Virus record (IMG/VR): IMGVR_UViG_3300020472_001862
Span: 106,237 to 170,236 of that record
DNA: 64,000 bases
Direction: 5' to 3' (one strand)
DNA from: a virus
The number at the start of each line of letters is the position of its first letter. The first letter of the stretch is position 1. Positions 47,809 to 57,495 of this stretch are shown in pieces. The notes under the pieces are model-generated. The model saw only the letters and a list, made by a program, of their open reading frames with translations. It did no database searches and was not told the origin of the DNA. Position numbers and translations under genes: made by a program.

Positions 47809-48801
47809 ATGGTGGCAAAACTTAAATTAACAGACGAAAGAGATTATTTCAAACCATTTAATTATCCATGGGCGTATGAGGCATGGCTAAAACACGAGCA
47901 ATCACATTGGTTGCATACAGAAGTACCAATGGCAGAGGATGCAAAGGATTGGAAGGAAAAGTGTACTGATCCTGAGAAAGCATTCCTTACAAACATATTT
48001 AGATTCTTTGTACAAGGAGATATAGATGTAGCTGGAGGCTATATTAATAACTATCTACCTTATTTTCCTCAACCAGAAGTTCGCATGATGTTATCAGGAT
48101 TTGCTGCTAGGGAAGCATTACATGTTGCTGCCTATGCACATTTAATAGAAACATTAGGTATGCCAGAGTCTACTTATAGTGAGTTTTTAGAATATCAAAC
48201 AATGGCAGACAAACATGATTACTTCATGGAATTGTCAGCAGCTAACGGAACACCAGAGTCTGTTGCTACAAATATAGCTGCCTTCTCAGCATTTACAGAA
48301 GGTATGCAGTTATTCTCATCTTTTATTATGTTATTAAACTTCCCACGACATGGTAAGATGAAAGGTATGGGACAAATTATTACATGGTCTATCGTAGATG
48401 AAACAATGCACGCAGAGTCTATGATTAAACTATTTAAAACCTATATTAATGAGAACAAAGCGTTATGGAATGATAAACTTAAAAAAGAGATATATGATAT
48501 CGCAGAGAAAATGGTAGAACTAGAAGAGAAGTTTATTGATCTAGCATTCTCCATGGGCGATATGGAGAACTTAAAACCACAAGATGTTAAACAATACATT
48601 AGATATATTGCTGATAGAAGGCTTATAAGTATGGGTATGCGAGGTATCTTTAAGGTTAAAAGAAATCCATTATTGTGGGTAGAAGAGATGATTAATGCTC
48701 CTACTCATACAAACTTTTTTGAAAATAGATCAACAGACTATGCTCGAGGAGCTTTAAAAGGAGACTGGGGTGATGTCTGGGGAGAGGCTAGTAGTGCCTA
48801 G
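47809..48801 (+). CDS. nrdB: Ribonucleotide reductase beta subunit
   Basis: EALH, TEGMQLFSSF, DETMH, NFFE. Confidence 0.95.
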   Translation: MVAKLKLTDERDYFKPFNYPWAYEAWLKHEQSHWLHTEVPMAEDAKDWKEKCTDPEKAFLTNIFRFFVQGDIDVAGGYINNYLPYFPQPEVRMMLSGFAAREALHVAAYAHLIETLGMPESTYSEFLEYQTMADKHDYFMELSAANGTPESVATNIAAFSAFTEGMQLFSSFIMLLNFPRHGKMKGMGQIITWSIVDETMHAESMIKLFKTYINENKALWNDKLKKEIYDIAEKMVELEEKFIDLAFSMGDMENLKPQDVKQYIRYIADRRLISMGMRGIFKVKRNPLLWVEEMINAPTHTNFFENRSTDYARGALKGDWGDVWGEASSA

Positions 48802-48976
48802 AAAATATATAGAATGTGTTCATTGTGAAGGGACTGCTCATATTGAACATGAGCAAGAACACACCTTCTATCAAATAAAATTTTGTCCCTTCTGTGGCGA
48901 AGAGCTAGAATTAGAAGAGGAGTTACACATTGAAGACTTTGAAGACTCAGACGAGTATAAAGCAAACAATCAATGA
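48794..48976 (+). CDS. Small zinc-ribbon protein
   Basis: CVHC...FCPFCG with acidic tail. Confidence 0.7.
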   Translation: MPRKYIECVHCEGTAHIEHEQEHTFYQIKFCPFCGEELELEEELHIEDFEDSDEYKANNQ

Positions 48977-49286
48977 TATAGGTGGTGAGATTGTAAAAGA
49001 TAGTGATGTATATACTGTCAAAGATAATACACACTTAAAGAACCTGGTACTTAGTAGCACATTTTTAAATGCTAATAAAGAGACATCAGGACATAAACAT
49101 GAAGGCCAAGAAGAAATATATCTCTTCATAAAAGGCAAAGGTGAAATGACTATAGATGATGATAGATTTCCAATCGAGGCAGGTGATGCTATTCTTATAG
49201 AGGATGGTGTCTTTCATCAGGTACATAATACAGGACATTTAGGTTTATATTTTGTATGTGTCTTTGATGGAGGGCGAAACCATTAA
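48930..49286 (+). CDS. Cupin-domain protein
   Basis: GHKH..QEEIY.F..G.G, FHQVHN. Confidence 0.85.
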   Translation: MKTLKTQTSIKQTINDIGGEIVKDSDVYTVKDNTHLKNLVLSSTFLNANKETSGHKHEGQEEIYLFIKGKGEMTIDDDRFPIEAGDAILIEDGVFHQVHNTGHLGLYFVCVFDGGRNH

Positions 49287-49408
49287 TATAATACAGAAGA
49301 TAGCACTAATAGTCTCAGCAATAACTGGTTTTATAATTTTAATATCAATAATCCCTGACTCAGATCCTTGTAAAGGACCAAAGGATTATAGTAGATTTTG
49401 TATAACAT

Positions 49409-49537
49409 ATGGACATTGAAAAACTTTTAAAAAAATATCCGCTGTTTATGAACGCGGTTTTACCTACATTAGTAGTAGCATTTGCTATGCTGATGATGTT
49501 TACCATGATGAGTTTAATTCAATCTATTGTAGTATAA
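49409..49537 (+). CDS. 42-aa membrane micro-protein
   Basis: MDIEKLLKKYPLFMNAVLPTLVVAFAMLMMFTMMSLIQSIVV; single TM. Confidence 0.45.
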   Translation: MDIEKLLKKYPLFMNAVLPTLVVAFAMLMMFTMMSLIQSIVV

Positions 49538-49545
49538 ATACATAG

Positions 49546-49875
49546 ATGGCTAGGAAAAAGAAAGAACCTAAGAAGCATAGAGTATATTGTACATATTTTC
49601 CTGATGGCAGATATTACATAGGTTATTCTTGTAAGACAGATAAACAATTTGATAAGTATTATGGTAGCTCAACCATAGTTAAGGAGTCAGTAGACGAATT
49701 GAGGAAAGAGGTTATAGTAGAATATAAAACTAGAGCACCTGCAAAAATGCAGGAGTTTTTATTACAATGGCAACAACGACACGACGATAGGTGTGTTAAT
49801 GATATGTTGCATGTTAGAATAAGGAGTAGTTTCCTAAAAGATTTCGAACCTATCGAATGGAGGCCAAATGGTTAA
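49546..49875 (+). CDS. Stand-alone GIY-YIG-like nuclease domain
   Basis: VY......YYIG, YYGSS, conserved E and N; late promoter. Confidence 0.65.
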   Translation: MARKKKEPKKHRVYCTYFPDGRYYIGYSCKTDKQFDKYYGSSTIVKESVDELRKEVIVEYKTRAPAKMQEFLLQWQQRHDDRCVNDMLHVRIRSSFLKDFEPIEWRPNG

Positions 49876-51349
49876 GCAAAGTAATTTATCATTTATAGTT
49901 ATGACTCTATTCTCTGCACTGGCAGTATCAGCAGTAGCTGCATACTTTTCTATTGTAGGACTTATAGCAATATTTTCTGCTCTGCCTATGTCCATACTTG
50001 CAATGGGTATAGTGTTAGAAATAGCAAAACTTGTAACAGCATCATGGGTATATCAGTATTGGGAACGAATACAGTTCATGATGAAAACATACATGATATT
50101 AGCAGTAGTCGTTCTATCCTTAATCACATCTATAGGTATATTTGGATTCCTAAGTAAAGCACATATGGACCAAGCAGCTACGGCAGGAGACGCTGGTGCA
50201 CAAGTAAGTAGAATAGAGCAATTAGTAGCAAGAGAGCAAGGCAAAATATTATCTTTAGAAGAAAGGATACAAAGAATAGATGATGGCGGTACATTAGATG
50301 TTACAGATTCTATTCGACAACAGGAAGAAATACGAGATACTGCATGGGATAGAATCCAAGGCGATATAACATACGCCGAAGAACAAATTGATAAGATTAG
50401 AGCCTCTTTAGAGTCAGATTTGGCGATAGAACAGTCAAAACTAGACGGTTTAGACGCTATAATAGCATCTTATACAAGCCAAGGTACTACTGGAAATGCC
50501 TTTAGTCGTACAGATAATGTGGCAAAGGGTTTAGAAGTAAGACAGGAACAAAAGGTAGAAAGAGATGCTATAGATCTTAAGATGAAAGAGTTACGAGATT
50601 ATGCAGAGACACAAATTGCCGGTTATCGTAACCAAATATCTCAATACAGAGCAGATACACAAGAAACAATAGATGGTGCCAATGCTGAAATAAACAGGCT
50701 GAGAGATAACGAAAGTAATGCACAAGTAGGCAGAGACGATCAAGTGGATAGCCTACAAGCACAGATAGATGAGGTGTATTTAGTTATAGAGGATTATAAC
50801 GAGGATTTATTTGAGAAGAGAGCCATCGTTAGAGAGTTAGATAATGAAGTAGGACCAGTTAAATATATTGCACAACTGATTTATGGCGAGAATGGTACAG
50901 CAGCGGTTGATTCTGCCGTACAAATTGTTATAATGCTACTTATATTTGTATTTGATCCTTTAGCTATTATATTAGTTATAGCAGCTAATTTAAGTTTTAA
51001 GGAAAGAATGGGTGGAAGGATAACAGCAATGTCAGCACCAGAGGTAGACTTTGTTGAAGAACTAACACCAGCAGATAAACCAGAGGAAGGCTCATGGGCT
51101 GCACATACAACAGCACCTCCACCAGACTTTGGTTTAGATGATAAAGTGGGTGTAACTGACGCTTTACATATTGATATGGAATTGCCACCTGATGGTACAA
51201 TGACAGAGGATATGGTAAAGAGCCAGGAAATACCTAAAGAGTTGGAGTCATGGGTATCAGACAAGTATGGTAAAGAGTCTGCCATGGACCCTAAAAAAGA
51301 AATAGATTTACAATGGTTAATTGATAAAAAGAGGAAGAAAGATGCCTAA
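49868..51349 (+). CDS. Membrane-anchored long coiled-coil protein
   Basis: Three N-terminal TM helices, coiled coil, EVGPVKYIA, FVFDPLA TM. Confidence 0.75.
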   Translation: MVKQSNLSFIVMTLFSALAVSAVAAYFSIVGLIAIFSALPMSILAMGIVLEIAKLVTASWVYQYWERIQFMMKTYMILAVVVLSLITSIGIFGFLSKAHMDQAATAGDAGAQVSRIEQLVAREQGKILSLEERIQRIDDGGTLDVTDSIRQQEEIRDTAWDRIQGDITYAEEQIDKIRASLESDLAIEQSKLDGLDAIIASYTSQGTTGNAFSRTDNVAKGLEVRQEQKVERDAIDLKMKELRDYAETQIAGYRNQISQYRADTQETIDGANAEINRLRDNESNAQVGRDDQVDSLQAQIDEVYLVIEDYNEDLFEKRAIVRELDNEVGPVKYIAQLIYGENGTAAVDSAVQIVIMLLIFVFDPLAIILVIAANLSFKERMGGRITAMSAPEVDFVEELTPADKPEEGSWAAHTTAPPPDFGLDDKVGVTDALHIDMELPPDGTMTEDMVKSQEIPKELESWVSDKYGKESAMDPKKEIDLQWLIDKKRKKDA

Positions 51350-51671
51350 TATTACAGAGTTTCACCCAGATAGAAACAACGATGAATGGAGAAAGAGTGT
51401 AGAGGATCTACTTAAAACAGGCAATGGTAAGTTCCATTTCCAAAAAGTAGATGGAAGTTTAAGAGATATGTACTGCACACTGAACCCAAGTGTTTTACCA
51501 GAATCAGGTAATACTGAACCAGCAAGCCAGGCTAAGCCAGGTATATTAACAGTATTTGATATTGAGAAAAACGGCTGGCGTTCAATGAGATATGAAAATG
51601 TCATCGGTTTTAAGTTTTTGGGTGATCAAACAACAGATCCAGAACACCCATCATCATTTATTAGACAATAA
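51342..51671 (+). CDS. SH3/WYL_2-like small protein
   Basis: F.KVDGSLRDM.CTL...VFD.EK.GWRS.R. Confidence 0.75.
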   Translation: MPNITEFHPDRNNDEWRKSVEDLLKTGNGKFHFQKVDGSLRDMYCTLNPSVLPESGNTEPASQAKPGILTVFDIEKNGWRSMRYENVIGFKFLGDQTTDPEHPSSFIRQ

Positions 51672-51715
51672 TGGTCCTATAGAGTCTTGACTCTAGGTTG
51701 TACTGCGCTTATAAT
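51672..51715 (+). promoter_or_regulatory. Promoter with upstream TGGTCCTA box
   Basis: TGGTCCTA 51672, TTGACT 51687, TATAAT 51710. Confidence 0.8.
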
Positions 51716-51745
51716 TAGTAGTATGATTAATAAAGGAGTCCTTTC

Positions 51746-52867
51746 ATGGCAAAACGAAAACAACGAACTCAGTACTTATTGGCTGAGCCTAATTGGGCTG
51801 CACTCAGCCTAATTGAGAAAGAGGAAGAGCGACAAAAAGCCTTTCAAGACACGCAATACTGGATACACCAGGAAATAGCAAACAAAGAAACTTACAAAGA
51901 GTTTCGAGAGTGGGTTAAGAAACACTCTGGTTGGGATAAACAGTCTCAGACATCTGTACTAGGATGTCCTGACTGGCGATATCTAACAATAGGCCAGTAT
52001 GCTTTCTTTCAGAACAAGACAGGTTGGATGCCTGTTAGGTGTAAAAAATGGATTGATAATAAACTATCAGAGCTTATTGAGAAAGGTAACGAAGCTATAG
52101 CTGAAAAGAAAGAAGCTAAAAAGGTTGTTGTAATCAAACCTAAGATAATTAGAACACAATTATCTGACTTCCTATCAGCATTTGATGAGATGTTAGATCA
52201 TCTAACCGTGGGTAAAAAAGCTGGTTCTGTAGAAAGTTTACTTAGACAAATAATAATGATACCTTCAGAGTTAGCTGAGGCTCGTAGTGAAATGTCTAAA
52301 CTTAAGGATGAATTTGATGAACTTGTAAGAGTTCGTAAGATTAAAGGTGGTAGAAGTGATTGGGACGAACAACTGGTAGAAGGTTATAGTCATATCAATA
52401 CACCTAACTTAAGAAAGATTATGGCATACTTCGATGAAGGCTTACAGTCTATTGATACATACACAGCATCTAAGAAAACTGTAAGGCGTAAGAAGCCACA
52501 AGATCCTCGCAAGATAGTAGCACGATTGAGGCATTTAAAAGCAGATAAGGACTTTAATATAGCATCTATTAACCCTGTAGACATCCTAGGTAGTACCGAG
52601 GTGTGGGTATATGATGTTAAACGCCGTAGACTAGGGCTATATAAGTCTAAGGGTGATGGTGGACTAGGTGTTAAAGGCACATCTGTTACAGGCTATGATG
52701 ATGGACTATCATATGAAAAGACTTTGCGTAAGCCAGAGGAACAGCTTCCAGTAATAATGAAGAAGTCTAAGAACGCACTACATGATACAGTAGGAAAGAT
52801 AAGAGGCAAACAAATGAAAGTTAAGACTCGTATTAATCCTAACATGCTAATTCTAAAGGTACAATAA
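51746..52867 (+). CDS. Conserved T4-like hypothetical protein
   Basis: QL.EGYS, SINP..I.G, L.VKGT, KTLRKP. Confidence 0.75.
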   Translation: MAKRKQRTQYLLAEPNWAALSLIEKEEERQKAFQDTQYWIHQEIANKETYKEFREWVKKHSGWDKQSQTSVLGCPDWRYLTIGQYAFFQNKTGWMPVRCKKWIDNKLSELIEKGNEAIAEKKEAKKVVVIKPKIIRTQLSDFLSAFDEMLDHLTVGKKAGSVESLLRQIIMIPSELAEARSEMSKLKDEFDELVRVRKIKGGRSDWDEQLVEGYSHINTPNLRKIMAYFDEGLQSIDTYTASKKTVRRKKPQDPRKIVARLRHLKADKDFNIASINPVDILGSTEVWVYDVKRRRLGLYKSKGDGGLGVKGTSVTGYDDGLSYEKTLRKPEEQLPVIMKKSKNALHDTVGKIRGKQMKVKTRINPNMLILKVQ

Positions 52868-52868
52868 C

Positions 52869-53759
52869 ATGATAGTCATAGATTATAATCAGGTGGCAAT
52901 TGGTGCTTTTATGGCAGAGATACGCAATCGTTCAGATGTAGATGTAAACTTACCTTTACTCAGACATATGATACTCAACACTATTAGATCCTATAATAAA
53001 AAACATAGAGAAGAGTTTGGTGGTGTGGTTATAGCATGTGATAACAGACATTATTGGCGTAGGCAAGTCTTTCCTCAATACAAAGCAGGTAGGAAGAGTA
53101 CAAGGGAAGCATCTAATTTAGACTGGGGTGTGATATTTGATTCTCTTAATATGGTTAGAGATGAATTGTCAGAAGTATTTCCTTATCCTTTAATAGATGT
53201 AGATGGTGCTGAGGCTGATGATGTAATAGGAACATTAGCAGAATATAGTCAGACAATAGGAGAGCCTGGGCCTTTATTTGAAGATGAAATAACACCAGAG
53301 CCTTTCCTAATTATATCAGGAGATCATGACTTTAAACAGTTACAAAAGTTTCCTAATGTAAAGCAATGGGCACCAGCACAGAAGAAGTGGGTTAAGTTAC
53401 AGGAAACTCCTGAACAATATCTCATGGAACATATTATTACAGGTGATAAAGGAGATGGCATACCTAATATGCTATCAGGAGATAATGTATTTGTAGATGG
53501 TATTAGGCAAAGTCCTGTTCGTAAGAAACTATTAGCTGAATGGAAACTACAACAACCAGAAGAATTTGTTACAGGTGAAACAGCACATGGCTGGAACCGT
53601 AATCGACTACTAATAGATTTGTCCAAAACACCAGAAGACATTAAAGAAAGTATTATACATAGTTATACGAATCAAACAAATAAGGACAAAACAGCCTTAT
53701 TAGACTATTTTGTTAAACATAATATGAGAACAATGGTTGAAGTCATTGATGAATTTTAA
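52869..53759 (+). CDS. rnh: T4-type RNase H / 5'-3' exonuclease
   Basis: YWRR..FP.YKA.R, EADDVI, SGDHDF.QL, GDKGDGIPN. Confidence 0.93.
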   Translation: MIVIDYNQVAIGAFMAEIRNRSDVDVNLPLLRHMILNTIRSYNKKHREEFGGVVIACDNRHYWRRQVFPQYKAGRKSTREASNLDWGVIFDSLNMVRDELSEVFPYPLIDVDGAEADDVIGTLAEYSQTIGEPGPLFEDEITPEPFLIISGDHDFKQLQKFPNVKQWAPAQKKWVKLQETPEQYLMEHIITGDKGDGIPNMLSGDNVFVDGIRQSPVRKKLLAEWKLQQPEEFVTGETAHGWNRNRLLIDLSKTPEDIKESIIHSYTNQTNKDKTALLDYFVKHNMRTMVEVIDEF

Positions 53760-53773
53760 ACAAGGAGAATAAG

Positions 53774-54265
53774 ATGGAACCAACAAAGTTTAGACAAGTT
53801 AACGAAGCTTTTGATTGGGTATTTGAAGCGCCTAAAAAGGATCAGGTTGAGAGACTTAAAACAATAGCAAGTAAGAATCAGACTATTGTTCCTTTTACAA
53901 GATGGGGCGTGGGTGCTGAACCTGTAGAGTGGGATTTACCTGAGGGAATGCCTAAAGAAACTAAAATTAAAGACGACATACCTGATGACATGGGTGAGTC
54001 TACTCTTACATTAGAGTTTAGAAGGATTAAGCAATTTACAGATCCTTCATCTAATATGGCAAACTTGCCACCATGGAAGCGTGAGATGAATTGGATGTCT
54101 ATTATTGAAGGCGTACACCACAAAGAAGCAGAGTTCTTAACAGCAGTTAAGGATAAGCAATTACTAAAACTATATCCTAAACTAGAAGCTATTCTAGGTG
54201 ATTTGGGTATTACAGAATATGTAAAGCCTAAGAAGAAGGCTCCTCGGAAGACGGCAAAGAAATAG
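53774..54265 (+). CDS. Conserved T4-like hypothetical protein
   Basis: W.LPEG, KRE....I.EG.H..EA...VKDK.L; typical rnh neighbour. Confidence 0.7.
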   Translation: MEPTKFRQVNEAFDWVFEAPKKDQVERLKTIASKNQTIVPFTRWGVGAEPVEWDLPEGMPKETKIKDDIPDDMGESTLTLEFRRIKQFTDPSSNMANLPPWKREMNWMSIIEGVHHKEAEFLTAVKDKQLLKLYPKLEAILGDLGITEYVKPKKKAPRKTAKK

Positions 54266-54779
54266 TATCAGGTTTATACTTATCATAAAACCTACCCCAC
54301 TGATATCCTTCAGGTAACGGTTCAGTTACTGGTATCGTAGTAGTTACACCTTCAGGTGATACACACCAACGACGCTTAACCTTAAAGTTAGAAGCATAAG
54401 ACATTTTTATACGAGTATCTTTACTGTGGCTCCTGCCATACATTGGATTGTTCTCACCGCCTCGAGTATTAGTCATAGTCTTAGATACTTTCTCTCTAAA
54501 CTCTGGGCTCCTACCATTCTTTACTGCTGGATGATTCTCACCTAACTTAGCCTGTCTTATTCTTTCCAGGCCTTCAGGTGTGTGATGTTTAGTTCTTTCT
54601 CGAGCTGTATCGTTTACAATAGGTAATCCTAGATGTAGTGCATGCTCTCTTATTTGTTCAATAGTAGAGAACCTTCTTATCAGTTCACGAGGCTTTGGAA
54701 CATCTTGTACATGATTGTTGTCTACGATATATAGACTGCCTTTGTGATTAAATAGAAAGAATAACGAAGCTTTGGACAT
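54228..54779 (-). CDS. NUMOD3-motif DNA-binding protein without an evident catalytic domain
   Basis: HTPE...I, GENHP, GENNPMYGRSHS..TR.KMS, P.GY..GR. Confidence 0.7.
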   Translation of the reverse strand: MSKASLFFLFNHKGSLYIVDNNHVQDVPKPRELIRRFSTIEQIREHALHLGLPIVNDTARERTKHHTPEGLERIRQAKLGENHPAVKNGRSPEFREKVSKTMTNTRGGENNPMYGRSHSKDTRIKMSYASNFKVKRRWCVSPEGVTTTIPVTEPLPEGYQWGRFYDKYKPDTISLPSSEEPSS

Positions 54780-56380
54780 TATGTACTAATACCTAGAGCT
54801 TTTAATTTACTATCATCTAAAGCAGGATCGTCTATGTTAGATCCTCTTGATATTGCTTTTGTAAGTCCTACCTTTTTCTCGAATATAGTTCTATAAAATG
54901 GGCCTGATACTTTTTCCTCGCCTCTTTTAACACGAATAGCTATTAGTTCCAGATGTTTATTTTTGTTGTCAGGATCTTTCATTGTTATAATCATAGAACA
55001 TAAGTCTTCATCACCATCAGTAAAGTTTCTAGCTTTGTTTACTTTAAATGTAACAGATAAACCATCGGCAAACACCTCATCTAATTTTAAAGCATCCAAG
55101 TTATAGATGTGTGAGTCTCCTTTATTATTATCAACAAGTACGACACCCATCTCTATTGCTTTAGAATCTTTACCTTGGGATAAATGTTTCCATAATGTGT
55201 CTTTAAAGTTTTTAGCACCGTCCTTTGTAGATAGTGCGTTAGTTAGTTTATTATTACCTGTATTGGTTGCTTCTCTAGTTTCCTTACTATATGTTACACC
55301 ACACTCTGCAGCCCACATACTTCTCATGGCAGCAGCAGCATCAGACCAATTGTCTTTAGTTACCATATTACTCTTCCAATTCTTTTTAGTATATTTAGGA
55401 TTCTTAATACCAAACCATTCTTCCATAACTTTTGCTGTACTCTCCCAGATGTTGGTTTCAGACATCTGTCCAAACTGTCCAACGCCTCCAAACTTAGCAG
55501 ATATTCTCATTATATCTACAGTTTCATCTACACCATGGTGATTGTTAGCAGTTACTCTTATGTCTACTTTTGTTTCAGATTGTCCTGTTTCACCTTCAGC
55601 ATTTATTTTAACCTCATTATATACACCATTGTTATACATTGAATCTGCCCATGCTCTAGTACTTGTGCCTCCTCTTTGGTTAACAAAATTAAGAGCACCT
55701 GTTATCATGTTACCACCACTAGGCTTATTATTATATTTAGGAACAGCTTTACCTTTCCAAAAATCCCATAAGTCAGGATCATATAATGCGTCAGCGTCTA
55801 TCTTTTTCAATCCATACTCCCACCATATATCATCTTTCAATGCTTCTTTACCAGGCCAACCAGATCTTTGTGCGCTATCTAATCCTTTGTTGTCTCCAGG
55901 ACCCCAGATTTTACCTTCATGTCCTTCGTCTTTCATTTCTCCCATTATAAAATTATATAGCTGGTTCTCGGTTATATTCTGTCTGTCTTTGTTTATAAAC
56001 CTAAGGTATATAGCAGCTCCTGTAACTCCCTCATTAACACCGCCCCTGTTAAACTTAGTAGGATATACACCACCATCACTACCTTTAAACTCCTCTGTCT
56101 TTTGTAGTTTACCTAAAGGTAAATCTGTACCATCTTTGAGAACATACTTATGTCCTTTGCCTTGATCTAAATAAGTTTTAAAAACAGACTCGCTAGTTAT
56201 TTGTGAGAGAGGCTTTACTGTATCAACATTGCCAACTTTATAACTTAGACTGCCTCCATGTAAAGATACCTTACCACCATCTTCTAATTCTAATTTAGAT
56301 GTAACAGACTTAGCCTTTTCCAGTAGTTTCTTACGATATTCACCGTTTTTCCGTAATGTAGCTCTATCTAATGTTGCCAT
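54779..56380 (-). CDS. Putative PD-(D/E)XK-like nuclease / hypothetical protein
   Basis: N.G...EG helix, TKVDI...ISAK pattern; AGGAG SD and its own minus-strand promoter. Confidence 0.5.
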   Translation of the reverse strand: MATLDRATLRKNGEYRKKLLEKAKSVTSKLELEDGGKVSLHGGSLSYKVGNVDTVKPLSQITSESVFKTYLDQGKGHKYVLKDGTDLPLGKLQKTEEFKGSDGGVYPTKFNRGGVNEGVTGAAIYLRFINKDRQNITENQLYNFIMGEMKDEGHEGKIWGPGDNKGLDSAQRSGWPGKEALKDDIWWEYGLKKIDADALYDPDLWDFWKGKAVPKYNNKPSGGNMITGALNFVNQRGGTSTRAWADSMYNNGVYNEVKINAEGETGQSETKVDIRVTANNHHGVDETVDIMRISAKFGGVGQFGQMSETNIWESTAKVMEEWFGIKNPKYTKKNWKSNMVTKDNWSDAAAAMRSMWAAECGVTYSKETREATNTGNNKLTNALSTKDGAKNFKDTLWKHLSQGKDSKAIEMGVVLVDNNKGDSHIYNLDALKLDEVFADGLSVTFKVNKARNFTDGDEDLCSMIITMKDPDNKNKHLELIAIRVKRGEEKVSGPFYRTIFEKKVGLTKAISRGSNIDDPALDDSKLKALGIST

Positions 56381-56401
56381 GTATTTCTCCTATTTGTTAA
56401 C

Positions 56402-56430
56402 AGTATGCACTTTAGGGCACCAAATGTCAA
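56402..56430 (-). promoter_or_regulatory. Minus-strand early-type promoter
   Basis: Reverse complement reads TTGACA-N17-CATACT with GTG before the -10. Confidence 0.75.
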
Positions 56431-56485
56431 CCTAATGTTTCTATTATTTATAAATAAGAATAGGACTTATATAAAAGGAGATATC

Positions 56486-56986
56486 ATGAGTAAGTTTAAT
56501 AAACTACTAGATGCTAAATTTGAACCGCCTAAAAGGTGGACATTAGACTCTAGTTTAATCTTTGATAGTGATAAACTGTCCGAGAGCGATAGTGCTATAC
56601 TTAAACAAGTAGGCGCTAAAGTAACAAAAGCAGGCAAAATCACAGCAAAGAAAGGTTTCAAGACAGACCTAGCTTCAGTACCTAGAATTGCCTGGAACAT
56701 CATTGCACCGTTCGATATTGCTAGATCAGCAGTAATACACGATGCATTATATTCTGCTATCAGGGAATACAGAGAGGCTAATGGCTATCATGTAGGATCT
56801 GGAGGCTCTAATGAAACACAAGAATCCAAAGATGTTTCAGCTAAAGCTAAGAAAGTAGCAGACAAAGTATTTCTTGAGGCAATGTTGGAGTCTTCTCCAC
56901 CTATTGCTAACTGGAAAGCATACGCTTCATACTATTCAGTCGTACTGTTTGGTAGATGGAGCATTATCCCAAGGGAAACCGACTAA
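56486..56986 (+). CDS. DUF1353 family protein
   Basis: GFKTDLASVPR, AVIHDALY, AD.VFLEAM; TATAAATA 56449 and AGGAG SD support start 56486. Confidence 0.8.
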   Translation: MSKFNKLLDAKFEPPKRWTLDSSLIFDSDKLSESDSAILKQVGAKVTKAGKITAKKGFKTDLASVPRIAWNIIAPFDIARSAVIHDALYSAIREYREANGYHVGSGGSNETQESKDVSAKAKKVADKVFLEAMLESSPPIANWKAYASYYSVVLFGRWSIIPRETD

Positions 56987-57006
56987 TAATAATATAGGAG
57001 AATATT

Positions 57007-57183
57007 ATGGCGACACATGACGCAATCGTAGAAGCCTTTAACACTTACCTATCAGAGTCTGAGAACTTTGAAAATAACAATGTTAAAGCATCAGCAGCTA
57101 GAGCTAGGAAGGCTCTTATGGAAATAACCAAAGCAGCTAAAACCCGTCGAGGAGAGATCCAAGACAGAAAAAATAATCTATAG
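57007..57183 (+). CDS. 58-aa histone H1-like (Hc1-type) basic protein
   Basis: ESENF..NNVKASAARARKALMEI.K..K.RR.EIQ; AGGAG SD; not in the ORF track. Confidence 0.7.
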   Translation: MATHDAIVEAFNTYLSESENFENNNVKASAARARKALMEITKAAKTRRGEIQDRKNNL

Positions 57184-57192
57184 GAGGCAATT

Positions 57193-57357
57193 ATGCTAGA
57201 TATTATAAAGTCTCGATTAAAAGAGAGAACATCATGGGATGGTATTACCATCATAGGGGTTTCATTATTAATACTCGTGGCAGCACCCATAGTTAAATTA
57301 TTAGCTTGGCCAGCATTGGCTTATGGCATCTGGACATTGGTTAAATCAGAAGACTAA
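57193..57357 (+). CDS. 54-aa two-TM membrane protein
   Basis: R.KERTSWDG...LAYGIWT..KSE; GGAGG SD. Confidence 0.65.
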   Translation: MLDIIKSRLKERTSWDGITIIGVSLLILVAAPIVKLLAWPALAYGIWTLVKSED

Positions 57358-57364
57358 TCCAGCA

Positions 57365-57426
57365 GGTTCTGGTCCATGTCTCAAGCGTAACGGGAATCGT
57401 TATACTTGTTTCATAGGACCAAAACC
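57365..57426 (+). other. Long imperfect hairpin (about 62 nt)
   Basis: GGTT-TGGTCC-ATG-CAAG-TAACG pairs with CGTTA-CTTG-CAT-GGACCA-AACC. Confidence 0.55.
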
Positions 57427-57437
57427 ACTATTTAATC

Positions 57438-57466
57438 TTGACTTTTACTTCAACAGAGTGCATAAT
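57438..57466 (+). promoter_or_regulatory. Early promoter
   Basis: TTGACT-N17-CATAAT. Confidence 0.85.
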
Positions 57467-57495
57467 AGTAAACATAATATAAAAAGTGAGGTTAT

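Noticed and set aside
18127-48801. Introns or inteins in gp43, gp41, nrdA, nrdB; alternative genetic code
   Set aside because: All are uninterrupted and of ordinary or short length; TAA, TAG and TGA all act as stops at expected gene ends.
55107-56165. + strand ORFs of 144 and 207 aa
   Set aside because: Antisense shadows of the 533-aa minus-strand gene, which has its own SD and promoter.
57361-57430. tRNA or SRP RNA
   Set aside because: No cloverleaf, T-loop or SRP domain IV motif. No tRNA was recognised anywhere in the window by eye.
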